Assembly (NCBI GenBank): GCA_910578855.1
Contig: CAJTRV010000004.1
Location: 5,551-69,550, forward strand
From: an uncultured Bacilli bacterium
GTDB taxonomy: Bacteria > Bacillota_I > Bacilli_A > RF39 > UBA660
Direction of reading: 5' to 3'
Length of the DNA stretch: 64,000 bases
Shown here: positions 10,840 through 20,489 of the stretch, piece after piece
Layout: each line of letters opens with the position of its first letter
How positions within the stretch are numbered: position 1 is the first letter of the stretch
Program-made: the position numbers and the translations under genes
Notes under the pieces: generated by a model
Seen by the model: the letters and a program-made list of their open reading frames with translations, nothing else
Database searches by the model: none
Told to the model about the DNA's origin: nothing

Positions 10840-12042
10840 TTAATTGTTCACTCCATGATGGATGGGCTTAGTCCCAGCTGTAATCCGATCAAACTGATAG
10901 CCATTCTGTTTGCCATAGGTAATAATACGGTCTAAAGCATCCGCTGTTTGTTGGTTTGCTGCATAATCATGCATCAATACAACATATGTGGACTCATTAC
11001 CTAAACTAGACGTTACATTTTTGACAATCGCATCGCTCCCAATTCGCCCAGTATCTCCGCTATCAATATTCCAATCAAAATAATGAAATCCTCGGCGCAT
11101 TACTTCGGTTGTCAGAGTACTCATAATGCCTGGTTGAAACTTACTAACAGTATTCGAACTTCCTCCTGGAAAACGAATAATATTAGCATCTTCCCCAGTA
11201 ATCGTTTTTAAGCGAGCTCGTAATTCATAAAGATCTTTAAAATAAGTATCCACTGATTGATAAATATAACGATAATTATGCGTATTGCTATGAATTGCCA
11301 CCGTATGACCTTCATCATGTACTCGTTTCGTGATAGCATTGTAACTAGAATCTTTCCCGATCATAAAAAATGTTGCTTTGACCCCATGCTGCTTTAAAAC
11401 ATCCAATATGGCAGGTGTAACCTGCGATGGACCGTCATCAAATGTTAAATAAATAGTTTTTAAATTTGGATCTTTCTTAGGAACCACTCGAATTGTTCGG
11501 ATTTCCGTCACTTCATTCCCCGCTTGATCCTTACTATAATATTGTAATCGATATTCCCCCTGTTTCTTTGGATTGACTTGCCCCGTTACCCGAACAGATT
11601 TGGTAATATCTCCATCATTATTATCGATTGCCTGATAACCAGGCTCGGTATAGTTTGTCCCCTCTTCTACAAACATCTCTTTGGCTCCATGTAGGACAAG
11701 TCGGGGTTTATCACGGTCTATAACAATCACTGTTCGTGATTTACGAATCGTTCCATTTAGATAAGAAATACGATATTGAATTTGATACCTACCAGCTCTC
11801 TTCATATTTAAATTACTTTTAACGATAACCCGTGGTGACTTCATTCCAAGTATCACTGAAACCTTCGTTCCAGGATCAACATAGTTCTCCCCCATAGGAA
11901 TAGTCATTGTCTTTGGACCCTTCAATTGGATCCTTGGACGATATAATACCAGTCCCGTAATTAAAATAAATAAAAAACTCCAAAAAACAACGAGAAACTG
12001 CATTCTTCGCGTCCATTTTTTTATCGCTTGTTGCTTCATCAA
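10840..12042 (-). CDS. Polysaccharide deacetylase (NodB homology domain) with N-terminal Ig-like domains.
   Basis: DDGPSQVTPAILDVLKQHGVKATFFMIGKD is a NodB-type motif. A signal/TM segment lies at the N-terminus. The gene sits between the two PBP genes. Confidence 0.75.
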   Translation of the reverse strand: MMKQQAIKKWTRRMQFLVVFWSFLFILITGLVLYRPRIQLKGPKTMTIPMGENYVDPGTKVSVILGMKSPRVIVKSNLNMKRAGRYQIQYRISYLNGTIRKSRTVIVIDRDKPRLVLHGAKEMFVEEGTNYTEPGYQAIDNNDGDITKSVRVTGQVNPKKQGEYRLQYYSKDQAGNEVTEIRTIRVVPKKDPNLKTIYLTFDDGPSQVTPAILDVLKQHGVKATFFMIGKDSSYNAITKRVHDEGHTVAIHSNTHNYRYIYQSVDTYFKDLYELRARLKTITGEDANIIRFPGGSSNTVSKFQPGIMSTLTTEVMRRGFHYFDWNIDSGDTGRIGSDAIVKNVTSSLGNESTYVVLMHDYAANQQTADALDRIITYGKQNGYQFDRITAGTKPIHHGVNN

Positions 12043-12178
12043 TAATCACATCCTACATCCTCATCATTAGTATAACTAATTTTAATCAAAATACTCTTTT
12101 TATCATAACACACCCAAATCTTTTTGTATAGCAAGTTCTAACTTATTTTAGCAAAAAAACATAGTCATTTTTTCATGT

Positions 12179-14377
12179 CTATGTTTCTTTTTTAGAATCT
12201 TGTTCCTCTACATATTTATCATTTAAAATAATTTTAATCGTTTCTTTTCCAGTAATTACCGTTCCTGGTTTGATACTCTGGTTAGTAATATATCCATGTC
12301 CTTCTGTTTCATACGCAATTCCTAATAAGGTAAACAGGTGAATGGCATCACCACTCGACCAACCAGTTAAATCAATCATTTTTTTATTGGCATCATTGGT
12401 TAATAGAATTACTTTATCTCCTGACATAACGGTTGTTCCACGAGAAGGATATTGACTAATAATTTTTGCACCCTCTCCAATGACGATTGGCGTAATTTTT
12501 TGATTGGTTAACTCTTTTACCACCGTCTCCTTTGTTTTGTTGATATAGGATGGCAACACATAAGTAACAATCGCCGTCTTATCTAATGTTTCACCAAACA
12601 TATTTCTATATTTGGCAATACTAGTAATCACACTCTTAACCGCGGTATATAGGCCTTTACTTTCACCCCAGCTTGGTTTTCGCATGGCACCATAAATAAT
12701 AATTTCCGGCTCATCTTTGGGATACATCCCAGCAAACGAGAAAATATAATCATTTTTCCCACTCAAATATAGACCTGTTTCATTGTCAAAAATTTGGGCA
12801 GTTCCGGTTTTTCCAATAATATCAAAACCATCAATTTTATATGTTGTTCCGGTCGTTCCAAGATCTTTTCCGTGAATGGTATTCCACATCAATTCTTTCA
12901 TCTTATCAACCGTCGATTGTTTGACTAGTTGTTCTGATTCTTCCCGCTTCGCCTTATACGTAACTTTTTTGGTATTAGGATCGACGATTTTATCAACAAT
13001 ATGTGGTTTCAACATCTTTCCATTATTCGATAGAATTGTAAGGGCTTGTAAATTTTGAATTTGCGTTGTTGTAATCCCTTGCCCAAATCCCGCATTGGCA
13101 ACTTCAATGGGATATGTGAATGAAATATCACCAGTTTGTTCCCGAGGAAGTTCAATTCCCGTCTTCGCCCCAAAACCATATTTTTTAAGACAAGTCCGTA
13201 AATCTTCTTTATTGATAAACCGCGATAGCATATTGGTAATACCAACATTTGAAGAATACTCATACCCTTTATCAAAGGTGATGTTTCCCCAACCTTTTCG
13301 GTTCCAATCATATACCGTATTCTCACCTACAGCAATCGATCCCGATTTAAACGAAGCTTGACCATCATAAGTACCTTTTTCAAGCGCACACATATAGGTA
13401 AATGTCTTCATCGTCGATCCTGGTTCATAGACATATGAGACTAAAGGATTCTCATAGTTTTCAATATCTCGTAAATTAGGATCAAATGAAGGAATCGAGG
13501 AAGTACCAAGTATTTTCCCAGTCTTTGCATCCATAGCTGTTAAAATTAGCCATTCTGGATCATAAACGTTTTCACTTTCTTTCACCGCACTTTCGATAAA
13601 GCGCTGAATATTAGAGTCAAGTGTAAGATAGATATTTGCCCCATCCAAGGCTGGAGTCTTATATTCTTTCGTATCAGGTATTTGATATCCATTTCGGTCC
13701 TGTTGTTGCCTAAGACTCCCATTACTTCCTTTCAGTAAATCATCATACATACTCTCGATACCAAGCTCTCCAACAATATAGCTTTGAATGGTACTAATAC
13801 CATTATCTTCAATTGTTTTATCATACTGTTTGGCATATCCAACGACATAAGAAGCAAAATTTCCATTTGGATAGTAGCGTTTCTTATTCTCAGTAAAACC
13901 AATTCCTGGTAGCTCCAACTGTTCAATCTCTTCTTTTTTTAGCTCCGTAATTCCCCGACCACCAGGTCCAAGCTCAACCTGATAGGCATTGCTACTAAGT
14001 AGCCGCTCTAAATATTCTACAGTCATCCCAAGAACGGGCGCTAATTTTTCGGCTGTCTTCTTTTTATCGACAACATGACGTGGCTTTTTCGAATTGGTGG
14101 TTCGGCTCTCACTTAGATAAGCAACCACCGTATACGAGTAAACATTTAAAGCGAGCGTATTTCCATCTTTATCATAGATATTTCCCCGCTTCGCATATAA
14201 TGTTTTCGTTACTGTATTTCGAGCCTTAGCAAATTTCTCCATATTAATTCCATAAATAATTGGTGACAATGATAAATAACACAATTGCACATACAAAAGA
14301 ACCATAAAAAAAAGGAAGCATTTTAAAATCAAATTTGGAAATTTCCAAGCTTTTAATTTTACACTTCTCTTCTTCAT
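12179..14377 (-). CDS. Class B penicillin-binding protein (PBP2B/FtsI-like) with two C-terminal PASTA domains.
   Basis: STMK (SXXK), SSN and KTGT motifs. N-terminal TM anchor. PASTA repeats at the C-terminus. Confidence 0.85.
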   Translation of the reverse strand: MKKRSVKLKAWKFPNLILKCFLFFMVLLYVQLCYLSLSPIIYGINMEKFAKARNTVTKTLYAKRGNIYDKDGNTLALNVYSYTVVAYLSESRTTNSKKPRHVVDKKKTAEKLAPVLGMTVEYLERLLSSNAYQVELGPGGRGITELKKEEIEQLELPGIGFTENKKRYYPNGNFASYVVGYAKQYDKTIEDNGISTIQSYIVGELGIESMYDDLLKGSNGSLRQQQDRNGYQIPDTKEYKTPALDGANIYLTLDSNIQRFIESAVKESENVYDPEWLILTAMDAKTGKILGTSSIPSFDPNLRDIENYENPLVSYVYEPGSTMKTFTYMCALEKGTYDGQASFKSGSIAVGENTVYDWNRKGWGNITFDKGYEYSSNVGITNMLSRFINKEDLRTCLKKYGFGAKTGIELPREQTGDISFTYPIEVANAGFGQGITTTQIQNLQALTILSNNGKMLKPHIVDKIVDPNTKKVTYKAKREESEQLVKQSTVDKMKELMWNTIHGKDLGTTGTTYKIDGFDIIGKTGTAQIFDNETGLYLSGKNDYIFSFAGMYPKDEPEIIIYGAMRKPSWGESKGLYTAVKSVITSIAKYRNMFGETLDKTAIVTYVLPSYINKTKETVVKELTNQKITPIVIGEGAKIISQYPSRGTTVMSGDKVILLTNDANKKMIDLTGWSSGDAIHLFTLLGIAYETEGHGYITNQSIKPGTVITGKETIKIILNDKYVEEQDSKKET

Positions 14378-14390
14378 AGGTTCACCTCGA

Positions 14391-14687
14391 TTATTTATTA
14401 ATTATTACAATATTATCATTATTATACTCTAAACCCATTTCCTTGGCAACATCTTTCACTTTATCAAAAGATGTTAACTCATTGACTTTCATCGTTAAAC
14501 TCTCATTCTTTTTTTCTTGTTGGGTAATATCATATTTTAACTTTTCAACATTCATTTTTAAATTTCCAATATTGGCTCCACAAAAAATAGAGGAAGCAAA
14601 AGAAAGCACAGCACAAAGAACTGCTGCTGTATATAATATTTTCTCACCCTTAGTAATACGTAGTCTTCTCACTTTTCTCGTTCTCAC
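14391..14687 (-). CDS. ftsL: Cell division protein FtsL.
   Basis: 98-aa bitopic protein with a TM segment and a coiled coil. Canonical position between rsmH and the PBP gene. Confidence 0.6.
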   Translation of the reverse strand: MRTRKVRRLRITKGEKILYTAAVLCAVLSFASSIFCGANIGNLKMNVEKLKYDITQQEKKNESLTMKVNELTSFDKVKDVAKEMGLEYNNDNIVIINK

Positions 14688-14701
14688 ACTGAACCCTCGC
14701 T

Positions 14702-15619
14702 TTATTTTATTCTTTCAATGACTCTAAGTCGCGCACTACGAGCCCGATTGTTTTCTTCTAATTCCTCAGTACTTGGACAAATATTAGCAATGATTTGATA
14801 CTTTGGCAAGTATTCCTCCGGAACTACCGGCAATTGCCGCAAGCTAGCATCCATTGTACTATGTGCTTTAAAGATCGTCTTTACCAACCGATCTTCTAAG
14901 GAATGAAAGGTAATTACACAGACTCTTCCCCCTACTTTGACAAGCTCCAGTGCTTGTCTTACCGCTTCTTCACAGACTGCTAATTCCTGATTCACTTCAA
15001 TTCGAATTGCCTGAAACACTTTGCGTGCAGGATGTTTTAAACGACGATATTTTTCAGGAACATGATTCTTAATAATCTCAACCAGCTCTAATGTCGTGGC
15101 AATTGGTTGTACTTCTCTTGCTTGAACAATTCCCCGGGCAATTTGATAAGCAAATTTTTCTTCTCCATATTCTTTAAAAATACGGGTTAAATCAGAAATC
15201 GTATAAGTATTAACCACTTGATAAGCAGATAACGCTTGATCCTGATCCATGCGCATATCAAGCGGTGCATCCTGATGAAAACTAAACCCCCGATCTTTTT
15301 CATCTAATTGTGGACTTGAAACCCCAAGGTCAAACAAGATCCCATCGACCTCTTGGATTCCCCGCTTCTGTAATTCTTCTGTCATATGACAAAAATTACT
15401 CTTGATAATTTCAAAATTAGGCGCTATTTCACTAAGCCGTTTCTGACTATGAGAAATAGCATCGCGATCTTGGTCAAAGGCGAATAGAAACCCCTTTTTA
15501 ATTTCTTTTAAAATGGCACTACTGTGCCCGCCATATCCCAAGGTGGCGTCGACGATAATACTATCGTCGTGTATTTTTAAATAGGATAGACTCTCTTCTA
15601 ATAAAACACTTTTATGCAT
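14702..15619 (-). CDS. rsmH: 16S rRNA (cytosine1402-N4)-methyltransferase RsmH (MraW).
   Basis: MHKSVLLEESL...DATLGYGGHS...FDLGVSSPQLD are hallmark motifs. Confidence 0.9.
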   Translation of the reverse strand: MHKSVLLEESLSYLKIHDDSIIVDATLGYGGHSSAILKEIKKGFLFAFDQDRDAISHSQKRLSEIAPNFEIIKSNFCHMTEELQKRGIQEVDGILFDLGVSSPQLDEKDRGFSFHQDAPLDMRMDQDQALSAYQVVNTYTISDLTRIFKEYGEEKFAYQIARGIVQAREVQPIATTLELVEIIKNHVPEKYRRLKHPARKVFQAIRIEVNQELAVCEEAVRQALELVKVGGRVCVITFHSLEDRLVKTIFKAHSTMDASLRQLPVVPEEYLPKYQIIANICPSTEELEENNRARSARLRVIERIK

Positions 15620-15627
15620 AGTCCCTC

Positions 15628-16059
15628 CTAATTAAAACTTGTAGAAAATAGATTATCAGCAATTGCTGATAAGTTGCTCTCATTTTCATCAATAAACGCT
15701 TCCCAACGATCTTTACTCCAGATTTCCAAACGATCATTGACGCCAATAATAATACAGTCTTTCACTAGACCGGCAAATTTCATCAGTGGTGGTGTTAATT
15801 TTAAACGTCCTTGTTTATCAAATTCACAAGTGGTCGCACCCGATAAAAAGAAGCGCATGAAATTACGAGCATCTTTCGTATTGGGTAATTCTTTGTACTT
15901 CTCAATAATGGAATTCCATTCTTTCATCGGATAGACAAATAGACAGTTATCAAGACCTCGCGTCACGACAAAAGTTTCTCCTAGGTCATAACGGACTTTC
16001 GACGGAATGGTTAATCGGCCTTTGTCATCAACCGAATGATGATATTCCCCCATCAACAT
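15628..16059 (-). CDS. mraZ: Transcriptional regulator MraZ (start moved to the internal Met, MLMGEYHH).
   Basis: Two DXXXR-type MraZ repeats (DDKGRLTIP, DKQGRLKL). A 143-aa product fits the family. The track ORF extends 20 aa upstream, which is unlikely to be real. Confidence 0.85.
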   Translation of the reverse strand: MLMGEYHHSVDDKGRLTIPSKVRYDLGETFVVTRGLDNCLFVYPMKEWNSIIEKYKELPNTKDARNFMRFFLSGATTCEFDKQGRLKLTPPLMKFAGLVKDCIIIGVNDRLEIWSKDRWEAFIDENESNLSAIADNLFSTSFN

Positions 16060-16336
16060 GAAATCACCCACTTTGCTCCACTTTATTCCACTAGATACCA
16101 CTATTTTACTCCATAACACCCACTTTGTAAATAGGTCCTTTCGATTTTTTCATAAAAAGTGAAGCAAGAAAACAAATTAGAAATCAATTATGACAAGTAA
16201 ATTGTCAAGAAATAAGAATGGCCAACCATAAGACACAAAAAAAGACAATCAAAAATTCGATTGTCGAGACCATTATCAGAAATTGTGAATAGTATTTGAT
16301 AAATCGGTATTCCCAATTTAAAATCAATTCTATCAA

Positions 16337-16795
16337 TTACCAACGTCTTACTTTATTATTTTTTACTCTTTGAATATTTTGAATATTAAGCTGATTGTAA
16401 TTTTGTTCTGCACCACAGAGATTCAATATATCTTCATCAGAGTTTAATTCAAAGAATCTTTTTAACGACTCCTCTAAAGTGATATTTTTACCTTCCATTC
16501 GCTGCTTCATTAGCCATATTTGCATATCACCATAATTCATAATATTTTTCAGAAGCAGTAGGAATTCATCATACTCCATCTTTTCTTGTCTTTTATCTTC
16601 AATAGCTGCTTTTATTATCCAAAGTCTTTGTAACACTTCATCATCCCGAATACCGTATACTAACTTCATATCTTCTAATGTTTCATTTATAATAAGAATG
16701 TCTGTACAACAAAGTTTGCTCGGTTCCGTACCACATCCCTTTTTCTGCTTCCTCTTTAAACTTTCACTCAATTTTTTAAATATGTTTTCACCCAT
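16337..16795 (-). CDS. Hypothetical protein.
   Basis: Start chosen at MGENIF, preceded by GGGAGGAAG. No recognisable family. Confidence 0.4.
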   Translation of the reverse strand: MGENIFKKLSESLKRKQKKGCGTEPSKLCCTDILIINETLEDMKLVYGIRDDEVLQRLWIIKAAIEDKRQEKMEYDEFLLLLKNIMNYGDMQIWLMKQRMEGKNITLEESLKRFFELNSDEDILNLCGAEQNYNQLNIQNIQRVKNNKVRRW

Positions 16796-16885
16796 ATATA
16801 CTTCCTCCCAGAAGTAGTATAACATATTTTAGATATTATTGTTATTATCTACTAATATTATTTAAAATAACTGTATAAAATTTTA

Positions 16886-16918
16886 TATAAAAAAGAAAAG
16901 AGGACTACTCTCCTCTTT
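16886..16918 (-). terminator. Putative rho-independent terminator after the YjcZ-like peptide gene.
   Basis: Hairpin AAGAGGAgagtagTCCTCTT followed by a T-rich tract on the minus strand. It overlaps the stop codon. Confidence 0.4.
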
Positions 16919-17057
16919 AAAAGAAACAAGAACCTAAAATAATTGCTAATAAGATGTATAATACGATAATGCAAACATAATTATTTCCGGTGTTGCATCC
17001 ACATCCACATCCACAATTAGTTGGTTCTGGACGACTGCAATTGTTTCCACATGCCAT
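16917..17057 (-). CDS. YjcZ-family small sporulation-type peptide (46 aa), with a Cys-rich N-terminus and hydrophobic C-terminus.
   Basis: Not in the ORF track. GGAGGTG RBS precedes the ATG. MACGNNCSRPEPTNCGCGCGCNTGNNYVCIIVLYILLAIILGSCFF resembles the YjcZ core (FALIVVLFILLIIVG). Confidence 0.5.
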   Translation of the reverse strand: MACGNNCSRPEPTNCGCGCGCNTGNNYVCIIVLYILLAIILGSCFF

Positions 17058-17073
17058 ACGATTCACCTCCTGC

Positions 17074-17157
17074 CTAAATGTACGCTCCAAGTATGATTAT
17101 TAAAAGAATAAATAATACTAAAACGATAGCAGCGCCTGATACTCCTGTGTTACACAT
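17074..17157 (-). CDS. YjcZ-family small peptide (27 aa).
   Basis: AGGAGG RBS. MCNTGVSGAAIVLVLFILLIIILGAYI. Tandem with the previous peptide gene. Confidence 0.5.
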   Translation of the reverse strand: MCNTGVSGAAIVLVLFILLIIILGAYI

Positions 17158-17303
17158 AAAAATCATTCCTCCTTTTTTTGTCTTTTCAAGAGTATTTTAT
17201 GGCAATCAGAGTAATTTGTGATTACTTATAACCAAAATATTGTAATTTTTATATTTTTTTGATAATATAGTACATGTATAATTGAAAGGAGTTCATAAAA
17301 CAT

Positions 17304-18299
17304 ATGAATAAAAACAGAAATAAAAAACTAGGTTTGATTGCCCTTGTAGCAGTTGTACTGTTAACAGCTGGATGTGGAAAGGTATCAAAACTAAAAAATG
17401 GTGAAGAATTAGTTGCTAGTATCAATGGAAAGAAAATTACAACCGAAGATTTATACAAGGAATTAAAAAAACAGGGAGGATCTAGTGTTCTGATTAATTT
17501 AATTGACGAATATATCGCCAATAAAGAAGTAAAAACCGATGATACAACCAAAGAATATGCCAATGCACAATTAGAACAAATGAAAACACAATATACCCAA
17601 GCTGGACAAGACTTTAATGCAGCTCTTATCAATGCTGGTTATAAAAATGAAGCGGCATTTAAAGACGTATTAATTCTCGACTATAAAAAACAACAAGTAG
17701 TTAAGAAATTCTTAGAGAAAGAATTGAAAGATGAAGAAATTGACAAATACTATAAAGATGAAATCTTTGGAGCCATGACAGCTCGCCATATCTTAATTAA
17801 ACCTGATGTCAAAGATGATGCTAGTGATGAAGACAAAGAGAAAGCGGAAGAAGCAGCAAAGAAAAAAGCCGAAGAGCTCATAAAAAAATTAGAAGATAGC
17901 AAAGATGTTGAAAAAACATTCAAGGAACTAGCTGAGAAAAATTCTGACGATGAAGCTACAGCCAAAGAAGGTGGACTATTTAGTGACTTTGAAAAAAGTG
18001 AAGTCGTAACTGAATTCTGGGATGCAAGTGCCAAATTAAAAGATGGAAAATATACCAAAGAGCCAGTAAAAAGTGACTATGGATATCATATCATTTATCG
18101 TGTTAGCCAAAAAAGCAAACCAAAATTAAAAGATGTCAAAGACGAAATTAAAGAAACCCTTGTTTCTAATAAATTAACAAATGACGCTAACTTATCTAGT
18201 AAAACTTGGGATCGTATTCGTCGGGAAAAGTATAAATTAAAAATTGAAGACAGTGAACTAAATGATTCTTATAAGAGCATTGTTGATAATATTAAATAA
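17304..18299 (+). CDS. prsA: Foldase lipoprotein PrsA (parvulin-type peptidyl-prolyl isomerase).
   Basis: Lipobox LLTAGCGK. PpiC domain (ARHILIK ... YGYHIIY). Strong RBS AAAGGAG. Confidence 0.8.
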   Translation: MNKNRNKKLGLIALVAVVLLTAGCGKVSKLKNGEELVASINGKKITTEDLYKELKKQGGSSVLINLIDEYIANKEVKTDDTTKEYANAQLEQMKTQYTQAGQDFNAALINAGYKNEAAFKDVLILDYKKQQVVKKFLEKELKDEEIDKYYKDEIFGAMTARHILIKPDVKDDASDEDKEKAEEAAKKKAEELIKKLEDSKDVEKTFKELAEKNSDDEATAKEGGLFSDFEKSEVVTEFWDASAKLKDGKYTKEPVKSDYGYHIIYRVSQKSKPKLKDVKDEIKETLVSNKLTNDANLSSKTWDRIRREKYKLKIEDSELNDSYKSIVDNIK

Positions 18300-18300
18300 A

Positions 18301-18325
18301 AAGAGCAACTGCTCTTTTTTTGATC
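18301..18325. terminator. Probable bidirectional rho-independent terminator between prsA (+) and truB (-).
   Basis: aagagcaactgctcttttttt: a GC hairpin plus T-run. On the opposite strand an A-run precedes the hairpin. Confidence 0.55.
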
Positions 18326-18327
18326 TT

Positions 18328-19188
18328 CTAAAACATAATCCGTGGTTTAAAGTGTCCTGGTTCATATTGTTCATATATCCCAATCGGTGAGCCATCAGGA
18401 TTAATAAATAAAATCTTATCAACATCATAATAAGCTTCTATTTTATTACCATTCCGGATCCGGGTTGCATTTTCATCACCAACGACCATCTGTTTGACAT
18501 CGACTAATGCTTCGGGAATCGAAATACAACGATAATTGCCATTTTCAAGCGCGGTTAAGCGAATTGCCGATGCCAAGGTATAATTTCCCTGTCTCGTCCG
18601 TTCTAACCGCAGCATCGTTCCAATCGTTCCCAACTGAGCAGCCAAGTCCCGGATGAGACTACGAATATAAGTCCCCTTACTTACCGTTGTTCGAATCGTA
18701 AACCGAATTTTTCCATCGCTAACAGTAAGTGGGGAAATCCGTTTTAAAGAGGCAATTGTCACCTCTTTTTTTGGTAATGTTACTGCCTCATGATGACGAG
18801 CATACTCATATAATTTTTTTCCCCGAACCTTAACCGCTGAATAAATTGGTACTTCTTGCAGATACGTCCCAATCATTTGCGCTAAGGCATGATCAATCTC
18901 AGTCTCTGATTTCCTTACTGTTTCCGAAGCGAGAATCTTACCCGTAATATCTAAAGTATCAGTCAACGTTCCCAATTCTATTTCGGCAATATATTCTTTC
19001 TCCTTATTGGTAATATAATCCACTAATTTCGTTGCTTTCCCAACGGCTAAAACCAACACCCCGGTAGCCATGGGATCAAGAGTTCCCGTATGGCCGATTT
19101 TCTTCGTCTTTAGGGCCTTGCAGGCAATGTTTACAACATCACGACTTGTATACCCTGTTTCCTTATTAATCACAATAAACCCATTCAT
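18328..19188 (-). CDS. truB: tRNA pseudouridine(55) synthase TruB.
   Basis: GHTGTLDPMATGVLVLAVGKATK catalytic motif. 286 aa. Confidence 0.9.
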   Translation of the reverse strand: MNGFIVINKETGYTSRDVVNIACKALKTKKIGHTGTLDPMATGVLVLAVGKATKLVDYITNKEKEYIAEIELGTLTDTLDITGKILASETVRKSETEIDHALAQMIGTYLQEVPIYSAVKVRGKKLYEYARHHEAVTLPKKEVTIASLKRISPLTVSDGKIRFTIRTTVSKGTYIRSLIRDLAAQLGTIGTMLRLERTRQGNYTLASAIRLTALENGNYRCISIPEALVDVKQMVVGDENATRIRNGNKIEAYYDVDKILFINPDGSPIGIYEQYEPGHFKPRIMF

Positions 19189-19253
19189 ATCATCACCACT
19201 CGTCTTACAGTATAAAGAAAATTATTGAAAAAGGCAAGAAAAAAAAATCCAGG

Positions 19254-19715
19254 TTATGAATTCTTACAGGTAAGACCATCATCTTCCATCTGTTTTTGAT
19301 ACTTTTTCACATCAATCGTTTTCTTGTTTGCATCATACTTAGGCATAAACTTTTGAATATCTGCTTCCGAAGCCTTGGCAAAATCTAGCTCTAATAACAC
19401 GACAAGATTGTTATCCTTCTGTTTAACCGAAGCTTCGACTCCGGTAGCATTATATGATTCATAGGCTTTTTTTAATGCCTCATAGGCAGCGGTTCTAACA
19501 CTCTCTTGCTGCTTAGAAACATCCATATCAACCGATATCGTCATTTGTTGAATCGCATTTCGCTTGGTCTTTAAAACCATTTTTTGCTCGGTTGGAATCC
19601 CAGAATCTTCCGTATGCTCCGTACAAGTTAAGGTCTTCGTTCCCCCGAAACATCCCGTTACCATGCTTACCATTAAAACAGTAACAACAATGGCAACTCC
19701 TTTTTTCTTTATCAT
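19254..19715 (-). CDS. Hypothetical lipoprotein.
   Basis: Signal peptide with lipobox MVTGCFGG. No family call. Confidence 0.45.
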   Translation of the reverse strand: MIKKKGVAIVVTVLMVSMVTGCFGGTKTLTCTEHTEDSGIPTEQKMVLKTKRNAIQQMTISVDMDVSKQQESVRTAAYEALKKAYESYNATGVEASVKQKDNNLVVLLELDFAKASEADIQKFMPKYDANKKTIDVKKYQKQMEDDGLTCKNS

Positions 19716-19790
19716 TTCCTCACTCCTCCTATTTCAATTATAACATAATTTGACTTTTTTCACCAATGTTTCACATTCAAAAAAACAAGA

Positions 19791-20489
19791 TCAATCACGA
19801 TCTTGCATCATTATAATAATTCGCAAAATATTTAGAATATTCGATACCAAACTCGCCACATAAGTCATCGCTGCTGCTTTCAACATATCAGCGATCCCTT
19901 GTTTTTCGTCTGGTTCGATTAACATTAACTGTTCTAACTGAACTCCAGCTCGTTTAGAAGCATCAAATTCAACTGGCAATGTCACTAGCTGAAATAACAA
20001 TGTCGCACATAACACCAAGATAGAAACCATGAAATATCCTGTCAGTCCACTAAATAAAGAAATGATAATTCCAAAATATCCAAGGTAAGAAACAAGATTT
20101 ACAAATGGTACTAAAGCTGAACGGATTTTCATCATGGAATACCCTTCTTTATCCTGAATCGCATGCCCTACTTCATGGGCAGCAATTGCTAAGGCAGCAA
20201 TCGTTTCCCCATGGAAAATCTGTGACGACAGACGAATCACTTTTCTACTAGGATCGTAGTGATCAGTCAATTCTCCTTTGGTTTCCACCACATAAATCTC
20301 TTGTAACCCATTGGCATCTAGAATAACGCGAGCAGCTTCTGCTCCACTCATCGTTTTCTTATTCTTGATCACTCTAAATCGTCGGTAGGCGCTGCTTATT
20401 TTTGACTGTGCAACAACTACAATGATAATTGCAATAATTGATAATAATATGGTTAAGGGCGTCTCATAGCCCCATGTTAAATAATTCAT
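19791..20489 (-). CDS. Putative neutral zinc metallopeptidase (membrane-associated, HEXXH).
   Basis: HEVGHAIQ motif with an N-terminal TM segment and C-terminal TM helices. Resembles the YpfJ-type zinc metallopeptidase family. Confidence 0.65.
   Translation of the reverse strand: MNYLTWGYETPLTILLSIIAIIIVVVAQSKISSAYRRFRVIKNKKTMSGAEAARVILDANGLQEIYVVETKGELTDHYDPSRKVIRLSSQIFHGETIAALAIAAHEVGHAIQDKEGYSMMKIRSALVPFVNLVSYLGYFGIIISLFSGLTGYFMVSILVLCATLLFQLVTLPVEFDASKRAGVQLEQLMLIEPDEKQGIADMLKAAAMTYVASLVSNILNILRIIIMMQDRD

Noticed and set aside
10605-10840. Possible small ncRNA in the 235-bp gap between the two PBP-region genes.
   Set aside because: The gap is accounted for by the deacetylase terminator hairpin and a likely promoter for the downstream PBP. 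No additional conserved structure is evident.
12876-13926. Nested ORFs within the 732-aa PBP gene (12876..13058, 13009..13326, 13095..13361, 13732..13926).
   Set aside because: Same reasoning as above. These are alternative-frame artefacts inside a confidently assigned gene.
15628-16119. The 163-aa version of MraZ beginning MLWSKIVVSS.
   Set aside because: The 20-aa extension is not part of the MraZ family. The internal Met gives the canonical ~143-aa protein, so the start was moved to 16059.
17249-18058. Antisense ORFs 17249..17632 (-) and 17750..18058 (-) inside prsA.
   Set aside because: They are low-complexity Ser/Ala/Leu-rich translations of the opposite strand of a well-supported lipoprotein gene, with no RBS.
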